In this document: positions 21,725 to 30,718 of the stretch, piece by piece
Layout of the letters: each line of letters opens with the position of its first letter
Numbering within the stretch: position 1 is the stretch's first letter
From: Clostridia bacterium
Lineage (GTDB): Bacteria; Bacillota; Clostridia; UBA1212; DUPL01
NCBI GenBank assembly: GCA_050951325.1
Contig: JBMNIW010000005.1
Location: forward strand, 256,024-320,023
Length of the DNA stretch: 64,000 nt
Direction of reading: 5' to 3'
Translations under genes and position numbers: made by a program
The notes under the pieces: generated by a model
What the model was told of the DNA's origin: nothing
What the model saw: the letters and a program-made list of their open reading frames with translations, nothing else
Databases searched by the model: none

Positions 21725-24700
21725 ATGAAAAATGGTTTCGTACATTTACACGTGCATAGTGAGTACAGTCTTCTTGACGGTGCATGCCGTATAAAAGACC
21801 TGGTACCTGCATGTAAGGAATTGGGCATGGATGCTATTGCACTTACTGATCATGGCGTAATGTACGGAACCATTGATTTTTATGAAGAATGTAAAAAGCA
21901 TGGTATAAAACCCATAATTGGATGTGAGGTTTATACTGCAAGGAGATCAAGATTTGACAAGGAAGGAAAGAATGACTCTGATTACGGTCATTTGGTTCTC
22001 CTTGCCGAAAACAACGAAGGTTACAAAAATCTCATAAAGCTCATATCTGTTGCCTTTACCGAAGGCTATTATTACAAACCAAGAGTTGACATGGAATTGT
22101 TGAAAAAGCATTCCAAAGGACTCATATGCCTTTCTGCCTGCATTGGTGGAAGTGTACCCCAGTTGATTTTGAATGGTGAGTACGAAAGGGCGAAGAGTCT
22201 TGCTCTTGAGTATAATGATATCTTTGGGAAAGGCAATTTCTTTTTGGAGTTGCAGAGTAATGATATGGAAGAGCAGCTTGTTGTAAACCAGAGCCTCATA
22301 AAAATGTCCCAGGAAACCGGTATTCCACTGGTATGCACTAATGACGTACACTTCATACATAAGGAGGATGCCAGAACCCAAGAGATACTTATCTGCATTC
22401 AAACCGGCAAGAGATTGAGTGATATGGACAGGCTTGTCTTTAATTCAGACAAGGTCTATTTGAGATCTCCAGAGGAAATGCATAATCTTTTCAAAAATGT
22501 ACCGGAAGCTCTATCCAACACCGTTGAAATTGCAAACCGCTGCAATGTGGAAATAGAGTTTGGCAGACCCGTTCTCCCGAATTTTGAAAAGCCTCAAAGG
22601 ATATACTTCGGATGAGTATCTGGAAAAACTATGCATGGAAGGTGCATTGAAACGCTATGGCAGGATAAATGATGAAGTCAGGCAGAGGCTTGAGTATGAG
22701 CTTTCTGTTATTAAAAACATGGGTTATTCCGATTATTATCTGATTGTATGGGATTTTATCAAATACGCAAAAGACAATGGAATCACCGTTGGTCCTGGAA
22801 GAGGATCCGGTGCCGGGAGTCTGGTTGCATATTGTCTTGGCATTACAAATATTGATTCACTCAAGTACAACCTTGCATTTGAAAGGTTTCTTAACCCTGA
22901 AAGGATCAGTATGCCCGACTTTGATATTGATTTCTGCGACTCTAGGCGTAAGGAAGTCATTGACTACGTCATATCCAAATATGGCGAGGACAGGGTTGCA
23001 CAGATTATTACATTTGGCACTATGGCTGCAAGAGGCTCTGTAAGGGATGTAGGCAGGGTTTTGGATATACCCTATGCAGAGGTGGATGCGATAGCAAAAC
23101 TGATTCCATTTGCTCCTGGAATGACAATAAAGCAGGCATTGGACAAGTCTACTGAGTTGAGGAAAAGATACGAAGAAGATCCTGTAGTAAAGGATTTGCT
23201 TGACACTTCCATGAAACTTGAAGGTATGCCAAGGAATGTGTCTACTCATGCTGCAGGTGTTGTTCTTACAAAAGAACCTGTTACGGACTATGTACCTGTT
23301 CAGCTTACACAGGACAGCAATACTGTTACACAGTTCTCCATGAATATGCTCGAGAAACTGGGACTATTGAAAGTAGACTTTCTGGGTCTCAAAACCCTTA
23401 CAGTTATAGATGATTCGGTCAATTTGATAAAAGAGATTCATGATTTAGACGTGGATTTTGATAATATGGAGATGGATGACCCGAATGTTTATAAAACAAT
23501 ATGTGAAGGAAAAACTGCGGGTATTTTCCAGCTTGAAAGTCCCGGCATGACCAGTTTCATGATGGAGTTACAACCGGACAAACTGGAAGACGTCATTGCG
23601 GGCATTTCACTTTACAGACCCGGACCCATGGATCAAATTCCAACATATATTGCAAACAAAAGGAATCCGGCTAAAATTAAATACGATCACCCCATACTGG
23701 AAGATATTCTGGATGTTACCTACGGCTGTATGGTTTACCAGGAACAGGTAATGCAGATAGTAAGGGACATGGCTGGATATACAATGGGGCAGTCGGATCT
23801 GGTTCGTCGTGCCATGGCAAAGAAAAAGCATGATGTCATGGAAAAGGAAAGAGAACATTTTGTTGACGGAGCATGTCAAAGAGGTGTAAGCAAGGAAGTT
23901 GCCAACAAAGTGTTTGACCAGATGACGGACTTTGCAAGCTATGCATTCAACAAGGCTCATGCTGCATGCTATGCCGTTGTGGCATATCAGACGGCATGGC
24001 TGAAGACATACTATCCAGTTATATTCATGGCATGTCTTCTTAACAGTTACATGGGAAGTCCTGAAAAAATCACCCAGTATATAGGTGAGTTAAGGCTTAT
24101 GAATATTGAGGTTATTCCACCTGATATAAACAAGAGCAGGGCAGAGTTTACTGTAGTAGGAGATTCTATTCAATTCGGACTGATGGCAATAAAAAATGTT
24201 GGATTGAATGCAGTTGAGTCAATCGTCAGGGAAAGGGAGAGTAATGGAAAATTTACTTCCTTTGCAGATTTTGTCATGCGCATTGGTCCGGAGGTTAACA
24301 AAAGATGTGTGGAAAGCCTTATTAAAGCGGGAGCTTTCGATTCTTTGGGAGTATACCGCTCTAAACTGCTTGCTGTTTATGAATCAGTCATGGATATGGC
24401 AAGCAATATTAAAAAGAAAAGGGTTGTAGGTCAATTATCCCTGTTTGATTTGACAGATGATTTGGCAGAAAGCGACATGATTGAAGTGGATTATCCGGAT
24501 ATTAATGAGTTTGACAAGAACACTCTTCTCAGTATGGAAAAGGAGATGATGGGAATATACATATCCGGTCATCCTTTGTTTGATTATGAGGGAAGGCTCG
24601 CACTTATTAGAAACATAAAAACATCAGACCTGATGACAAACGAGGACAATACAAACCTCGAATCAGGTTTCCCTGAGAATGTTAAAGACAATATGAAAGT

Positions 24701-25142
24701 GACAATAGGTGGTATTGTAACGGATATTAAGAAAAAAACTACAAAAAACAATACCATAATGGCCTTTTGTACCATTGAGGACATGTATGGTCATGTAGAG
24801 CTGTTGGTTTTTCCAAAAATTTTGGAGAAATACAGCCAGTTTTTGTACAATGAATCCATAATTATTGTAAATGGCAGACTGAGCCTGAGAGAAGATGAAA
24901 AACCCAATATAATTGTTGAACAAGTTACACCAATAGATGTATATCTGAGTGAGAAAACAAAAGCGTTGAGTTACAGAACAAATACGAAGAATATAAATAG
25001 ATTGCAAGCATTTGTCAAATACTTCAGTGGAAAAACTGAGGTAAACGTTTATGACGAAAAAACAAGCAAACTGCTTTTTAAAGGATTTATAAACGCAGAC
25101 AGCAAAGTTATGAGTTATCTTGAAGAGATTCTTCGTTCTTGA
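21725..25142 (+). pseudogene. dnaE: DNA polymerase III alpha subunit DnaE, reading frame interrupted by a +1 frameshift near 22590-22605 (two ORFs: 21725-22615 and 22560-25142)
   Basis: The N-terminal ORF carries the PHP domain (HLHVHSEYSLLDGA). The second ORF carries the polymerase core (FDIDFCD, GKTAGIFQLES), the HhH and the OB domain. The two join at ...LPNFE(K)|(K)GYTSDEYLEKLC, where the frames are offset by +1 across a GAAAAG/CCTCAAAGG stretch. Combined length is about 1156 aa, typical for DnaE. Confidence 0.8.
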
Positions 25143-25264
25143 TTATTCCACAAAGAGTACGAAAACACAAATATTGTAATCGAGCGTATATTATTGTATA
25201 ATATTATTTATGTTGCATATTTAGTATTGCCCTTTATTAAGTATCATGCATGGAGGAAAATAGT

Positions 25265-26236
25265 ATGGAAAACATAAAAAGAATAGGAGTACTTACATCA
25301 GGAGGAGATGCCCCAGGAATGAATGCTGCCATAAGAGCTGTGGTGCGTGCAGGAATATATCATGGTTTCCATGTATACGGTATTAGAAAAGGATTTGAAG
25401 GACTCTTGGAAGGAGACATACATGAACTTAATTTAAGGTCCGTTTCCGATATTATGAGTCGTGGAGGGACATTCCTGCAGACATCAAGGAGTAAGGCCTT
25501 CAATACACCGGAAGGTGTTGAAAGAGGCTATCGCATGGCAAAAGTATTTAAACTCGATGCCCTTATTGTCATCGGAGGAGACGGTTCTTTCAGAGGTGCA
25601 AGAGATCTTGCAAGAGTAGGTCTGCCTATGATTGGAATACCCGCAACAATCGACAATGACATACACTGCACCGATTATACAATTGGATTTGATACTGCAT
25701 TGAATACTGTGAAGGATTCAATAGACAAGATTAAGGATACCGCCTTTTCCCATGAACGATGCAGCGTGGTAGAGGTTATGGGAAGAGATGCAGGATACAT
25801 TGCGCTATACTGCGCTATTGCAGACGGTGCTGAAGCATGCATACTTCCTGAAAAGGAGTTCAACATAGATGAAGATATAATCAAGCCTATCCTTGGATGT
25901 AGAAACAGAGGAAAGCATCACTACATTGTAATTATTGCAGAAGGTGTTGGAGGCACATTGGAGATTGCTGAGCAAATTAGACAGATAACAGGCATATCCA
26001 CAACAACTACCATACTTGGACATCTGCAAAGAGGGGGAAGTCCAACTGTAAGGGACAGGGTTGCCGCAAGCCTGATGGGTGTTAAAGCCGTTGAGCTTTT
26101 GAAAAATTACGAAATTAACAAGATTGTTGCATTAAAAGGTAATGAATATGTTGCATATGATATAGAGGAAGCATTAAAAATGAGAAAGCATATTGATGAA
26201 AACATGATAGCAACAAGTAAAATGCTGTCACTATAG
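25265..26236 (+). CDS. pfkA: ATP-dependent 6-phosphofructokinase
   Basis: IGVLTSGGDAPGMNAAIRAVVR is the canonical PfkA N-terminus, and GGDGS and MGR motifs are present. ATG 25265 with GGAGG 8 nt upstream is preferred over ATG 25250. Confidence 0.9.
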   Translation: MENIKRIGVLTSGGDAPGMNAAIRAVVRAGIYHGFHVYGIRKGFEGLLEGDIHELNLRSVSDIMSRGGTFLQTSRSKAFNTPEGVERGYRMAKVFKLDALIVIGGDGSFRGARDLARVGLPMIGIPATIDNDIHCTDYTIGFDTALNTVKDSIDKIKDTAFSHERCSVVEVMGRDAGYIALYCAIADGAEACILPEKEFNIDEDIIKPILGCRNRGKHHYIVIIAEGVGGTLEIAEQIRQITGISTTTTILGHLQRGGSPTVRDRVAASLMGVKAVELLKNYEINKIVALKGNEYVAYDIEEALKMRKHIDENMIATSKMLSL

Positions 26237-26247
26237 GAGATGATTTT

Positions 26248-26778
26248 GTGCTAAATATTCCAAATATTTTAACTTTGATAAGGCTGATGCTTGTTCCTTT
26301 GTGTGCCATGTATTTGTACAAGGAACAGTTTTTAGCTGCCTTGATTATATATGTGGTTGCTAGCTTGACGGATATTGCAGACGGATATATAGCACGACGT
26401 TTTGACATTGTAACAAACTTTGGCAAGGTTGTAGATCCTTTGGCGGACAAATTGTTGTCGCTTTCAACAATTACCATTCTTTCCTACAGGGGAAGGATTC
26501 ACATACTTGTGCCAATACTTATTTTTGTAAAGGAACTACTAATAGGCCTTGGAGGTCTTCTATTATACAAGAAAAAACATCTTGTCAAGAGTGCCAAATG
26601 GTATGGCAAAGCTACTACAGTACTTCTTTTCGTTTCTATAGTATTGGTCATGTTTAAAGCAACGCTGTTTGTAGGCAGGGTGTTCATGGTAGTTGCGCTT
26701 GGTTTTGCATACTTTGCACTATTTATGTATTTAAGGCAGTTTGTTGGAATAATGACCAGGGAAAAAGGAACAAGCTAA
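26248..26778 (+). CDS. pgsA: CDP-diacylglycerol--glycerol-3-phosphate 3-phosphatidyltransferase
   Basis: CDP-alcohol phosphatidyltransferase motif DIADGYIARRF...GK..D..ADK in a 176-aa polytopic membrane protein. GTG start with AGGAG upstream. Confidence 0.85.
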   Translation: MLNIPNILTLIRLMLVPLCAMYLYKEQFLAALIIYVVASLTDIADGYIARRFDIVTNFGKVVDPLADKLLSLSTITILSYRGRIHILVPILIFVKELLIGLGGLLLYKKKHLVKSAKWYGKATTVLLFVSIVLVMFKATLFVGRVFMVVALGFAYFALFMYLRQFVGIMTREKGTS

Positions 26779-26854
26779 GGGGGAAATAGCCATATTTGGA
26801 TACGTTACACCATACAGACCTGAGCTTAAGATTAGGGAACACGACTGCTATAAA

Positions 26855-27706
26855 ATGTACTATTGTGGTGTATGCAGGAGCATTGGAACGCACTTTGGCC
26901 AGATTCCCAGATTGGGTCTGACTAATGAAACCGGCATGCTAGCCATGATTCTGGATGCAGTGTGTAAATCGAATAAGAATGTTAAAACAATAAGGAAACC
27001 TTGTGTTGCTCACCCTCACAAAAAGACTTTATCTGTAACAAACAACGGCTGCGTGGACTATGCAGCCTTAGTTAATGTTTTGCTTGCATATCACAAACTG
27101 AAGGACAACTGGCTTGACGACAGAAATGTTCTTGCTCAGACAGGCTCATTAATGATGTTCAGAGCTTACAAAAAGGCTAAAAAGAAAAATCCCGAGCTGT
27201 CGGATACTATTCAAAAGCATTTGGACGAGCTGTCACAATTGGAAAAATCAAAGTGCTCATCCATAGACAGAGCAGCCGATCCTTTCTCAAGTTTGATGAG
27301 GATAATATTCACCAGTTACAACGCTCTTGATGAAAATAAATTTGCTCTTATGGGCAAGTTAGGATATAATATCGGGAAGTGGATTTATTTAATAGATGCA
27401 CTGAATGATCTTGAAGCCGACATAAAAAAGGGAAGTTACAACTGTTTGGTATACAAGTACGAGTATCAGGATAATGAAAACATAGAAGAGTTCAAAGCTA
27501 AAGTGTCGGAGGATTTTAGATTTTCACTTGAGATGTGTCTTGCATCAATTTCCGAGGCATGGGAAGGCTTGAAAGACGATTTAGATGACTTTACTATAAC
27601 ACAGGATGCAGAACATTTTTTAGATAATGTCTTTTATCTTGGGATGAGACAGAAAACAGATAATCACTTAAATGGCGGGATTAAGGGAGATGATGACAAT
27701 GAATGA
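26855..27706 (+). CDS. conserved hypothetical protein (recalled as DUF5685-like); true start probably upstream at about 26792 (non-canonical)
   Basis: This is the ORF from the first ATG. The frame stays open for 33 codons upstream (to 26756) and encodes a protein-like ...IFGYVTPYRPELKIREHDCYK before MYYCGVCRS. A strong SD, AAGGGGGAA, sits at 26777-26785. See findings. Confidence 0.6.
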   Translation: MYYCGVCRSIGTHFGQIPRLGLTNETGMLAMILDAVCKSNKNVKTIRKPCVAHPHKKTLSVTNNGCVDYAALVNVLLAYHKLKDNWLDDRNVLAQTGSLMMFRAYKKAKKKNPELSDTIQKHLDELSQLEKSKCSSIDRAADPFSSLMRIIFTSYNALDENKFALMGKLGYNIGKWIYLIDALNDLEADIKKGSYNCLVYKYEYQDNENIEEFKAKVSEDFRFSLEMCLASISEAWEGLKDDLDDFTITQDAEHFLDNVFYLGMRQKTDNHLNGGIKGDDDNE

Positions 27707-28298
27707 TCCATATAAAATTTTGGGTGTAAAAGAAACCGACTCTGATGAAGAAATTAAGAGGGCTTACAGGGAACTTGTTAAAAAGTATCATCCTGACCAG
27801 TATGCCAACAATCCCTTGTCCGAACTTGCCGACGAGAAAATCAAGGAGATTAATGCTGCGTACGATCAAATAATGCGCGAGAGACAAAATAAATCTCAAG
27901 GCACTTATTCCCGCAGCTCAACATATAACTCAGAATACGATGAAATATGGAATCTTATCCAAAGAGGAGAACTGGGACTTGCCGAAAGCAAACTACTTGA
28001 CATTCCTGTAGAAAGCAGGGATGCCCATTGGTATTATCTAATGGGTGAAATAGCGAGGCAAAAAGGCTGGTATGACGAAGCAAGAATGAATTTCACAAGA
28101 GCTATCAACATGGATCCCAACAACATGGTCTACAGAAGAGCACTTAATTCAATGTATAATCAGGCAGGCAATTACAGAAGGACATCAGACAGATCCGGGT
28201 ACAATCCTTCTTGTGATATGTGCGAGTTTTGTACTTATCTGTGGTGTGCAGACTGTTGTTGTGAATGTATGGGCGGAGATTTGATTACCTGTTGTTAA
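27699..28298 (+). CDS. J-domain (DnaJ-like) protein with TPR-like region and Cys-rich C-terminal tail
   Basis: J-domain (DPYKILGV...EIKRAYRELVKKYHPDQ) with the HPD tripeptide. C-terminal CDMCEFCTYLWCADCCCECMGGDLITCC. The start is chosen at MNDPY (SD AAGGGAG at 27682-27688). It overlaps the upstream gene by 8 nt. Confidence 0.7.
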   Translation: MNDPYKILGVKETDSDEEIKRAYRELVKKYHPDQYANNPLSELADEKIKEINAAYDQIMRERQNKSQGTYSRSSTYNSEYDEIWNLIQRGELGLAESKLLDIPVESRDAHWYYLMGEIARQKGWYDEARMNFTRAINMDPNNMVYRRALNSMYNQAGNYRRTSDRSGYNPSCDMCEFCTYLWCADCCCECMGGDLITCC

Positions 28299-28312
28299 GT
28301 AAGGATATTGCC

Positions 28313-30676
28313 ATGACAGAAAAGGTTTTACATGTACTTGAGTATGACACCATAATCAGTAGACTGGCTGATTTAACCACCTCCGAACTTGCCAAGGAGA
28401 AAGCGCTTAATCTAAAGCCGTCTACAGATATTGAATTAATAGAAAGGCATCTAATTGAAACAATGGATGCCCAGACCCTCATATTCCAAAAAGGACTTCC
28501 TCCTATTTCGAGCATTAAGAATATAGAGAATGCGGTACTTAGGGCTGAAAGAGGAGGAGTATTGAGCTTTTTGGAGCTTATCAATATTGCCCATTTGTTG
28601 AAATCTGCCAGAAGAACTATAGATTATGCATCATACAGTGAGGAAAGTGATAATGTCATATGCAATATGATATCAAACTTAATAGCTATCAGAGGGCTTG
28701 AAGAAAGAATATGCAGGGCGATAATTTCCGAAGAAGAAATGGCGGACGATGCCAGTCCAAGGCTGTTTGACATAAGGCGTCAGATACAGTCAAGACAGCT
28801 GGCTATAAAGGACAAGCTTAATGATATTATCAGGTCTTCCAAGTATTCGAAAATTATACAGGAACCTGTAGTTACAATGCGCAGTGACAGGTACTGCATT
28901 CCTGTTAAGATTGAACATCGTTCAGAGTTGTCTGGAATTGTGCATGACACATCCTCCTCAGGGCAAACGTTGTTTGTGGAACCTGCTTTTGTGGTGGAGG
29001 AGAATAATAAAATCAGGGAACTGAGGGTTCAGGAAAACGAAGAGATACAAAGAATACTGTATGAGTTTTCGCAGGAAGTTGCAGAAAACAGCCCTAATCT
29101 TATAAACAATATGGAAATATTGGCTTATCTTGATTTTACCTTTGCAAAAGCCAGGCTGGCCAATGATATGAAGGCTGTAAAACCTCGAATTAACGACAAG
29201 GGATGTATAAATATCATAAACGGCAGACATCCTTTAATAGACAAAAAGATCGTGGTTCCAATATCCATTCATCTTGGAAAAGATTTTGATACCTTGGTGA
29301 TTACGGGACCAAATACGGGTGGAAAGACTGTAACACTAAAAACAGTTGGGCTTTTCACATTAATGATGCAGGCAGGCTTGATGATACCTGCCGATGAAGG
29401 CTCCACATTGTGTGTATTTGAGAGAGTGTTTGCAGACATAGGTGACGAGCAGAGCATCGAGCAAAGTCTAAGCACATTTTCGTCACATATGAAGAACATA
29501 GTTGAGATACTAAACAAATGTGACGAAAGATCCCTTGTATTATTTGACGAACTGGGTGCAGGTACTGATCCGACCGAAGGCTCTGCATTAGCAATGTCGA
29601 TACTGGAATGCGTGCACCAAAGGGGAGCAAGAACCATTGCTACAACTCACTACAGTGAGCTGAAAATTTTTGCTCAGACCAACAAGGGTTATGCAAATGC
29701 CAGCTGTGAGTTTGATGTAAATTCCTTGCGTCCTACTTACAGATTGCTTATAGGGGTTCCTGGAAAGAGCAATGCTTTTGCCATTTCAAAAAGAATCGGT
29801 CTTGACGATAAGATTATTGAAAGAGCAAAAGAATTCTTGACCAGCGAGGATATCCGGTTTGAGGATATGCTTCTCAGCATAGAGACAAACAGAAAGATAA
29901 TTGAAGAAGACAAATATGAAATTCAAAGACTGAAGAATGAAGTAAAGAGGCTTGAGAGGGAAATCAGCCAGGAGAAGGAAAACATCGTAAAGACAAAGAA
30001 CGAGATTCTTTCCAAAGCAAGATACGAGGCAAGAGAGATACTTAACAGAGCAAGAATAACATCCGACAGATTACTGGAGGATATTAGAAAAGCCTCAAAG
30101 GATATTGAAAAGGACTCTCTTAGAAAAGCGGAAAATTTGAGAACATCTCTTGTCGAATTACAGAACGAACTTGAAGGAAGTCTGGAAGTCAGCATTGTAA
30201 GAGATGAGTCTGAACCTCCTGACAATCTAAGGGAAGGCGATACAGTAAGAATTTTAAGTCTTAACAATACCGGGACTGTACTAAGCACTCCGGACAGAGA
30301 TGGAAAGGTTTATGTACAGGTGGGAATAATGAAGGTTTTTGTTCCGCTGGAAGACCTCAGGCTTGCTGAAGAGAAGAAGAAAAAAGAAAAACCCACCATT
30401 TCAAGATCCAATGTAAGTACAAAATCACTATATATAAAGTCAGAAATTGACGTGAGGGGACTTACTGTGGATGAGGCAACAGATATTATTGACAAACATA
30501 TAGATAATGCCCTGGTTGCAAACCAAAAGCAGTTCAGCATTATACATGGAAAAGGAACTGGAGCGTTAAGAAGGGGTATCCACAAGTACCTTGAGACAAA
30601 CAGTAACGTAAAAAGCTGGAGACTGGGCGTCTTTGGCGAAGGGGATACCGGAGTAACGGTAGTAACGTTAAATTGA
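28313..30676 (+). CDS. mutS2: endonuclease MutS2
   Basis: MutS domains with Walker A GPNTGGKT, a coiled-coil region and a C-terminal Smr domain (IIHGKGTGALRRGI). The start is at MTEKVLHVLEY (SD AAGGA); the ORF-track start at 28265 overlaps the upstream gene. Confidence 0.9.
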   Translation: MTEKVLHVLEYDTIISRLADLTTSELAKEKALNLKPSTDIELIERHLIETMDAQTLIFQKGLPPISSIKNIENAVLRAERGGVLSFLELINIAHLLKSARRTIDYASYSEESDNVICNMISNLIAIRGLEERICRAIISEEEMADDASPRLFDIRRQIQSRQLAIKDKLNDIIRSSKYSKIIQEPVVTMRSDRYCIPVKIEHRSELSGIVHDTSSSGQTLFVEPAFVVEENNKIRELRVQENEEIQRILYEFSQEVAENSPNLINNMEILAYLDFTFAKARLANDMKAVKPRINDKGCINIINGRHPLIDKKIVVPISIHLGKDFDTLVITGPNTGGKTVTLKTVGLFTLMMQAGLMIPADEGSTLCVFERVFADIGDEQSIEQSLSTFSSHMKNIVEILNKCDERSLVLFDELGAGTDPTEGSALAMSILECVHQRGARTIATTHYSELKIFAQTNKGYANASCEFDVNSLRPTYRLLIGVPGKSNAFAISKRIGLDDKIIERAKEFLTSEDIRFEDMLLSIETNRKIIEEDKYEIQRLKNEVKRLEREISQEKENIVKTKNEILSKARYEAREILNRARITSDRLLEDIRKASKDIEKDSLRKAENLRTSLVELQNELEGSLEVSIVRDESEPPDNLREGDTVRILSLNNTGTVLSTPDRDGKVYVQVGIMKVFVPLEDLRLAEEKKKKEKPTISRSNVSTKSLYIKSEIDVRGLTVDEATDIIDKHIDNALVANQKQFSIIHGKGTGALRRGIHKYLETNSNVKSWRLGVFGEGDTGVTVVTLN

Positions 30677-30718
30677 CAATTTAAAGGGTTGAACATACAA
30701 TATTTAGGGAGGATTCAT

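Noticed and set aside
22560-22615. Programmed ribosomal frameshift in dnaE (by analogy to dnaX)
   Set aside because: No slippery heptamer with a downstream structure is evident, only a 4-A run. Programmed frameshifting in dnaE is not established. A sequencing indel or pseudogenisation is more parsimonious. I kept it as a finding about the frameshift itself.
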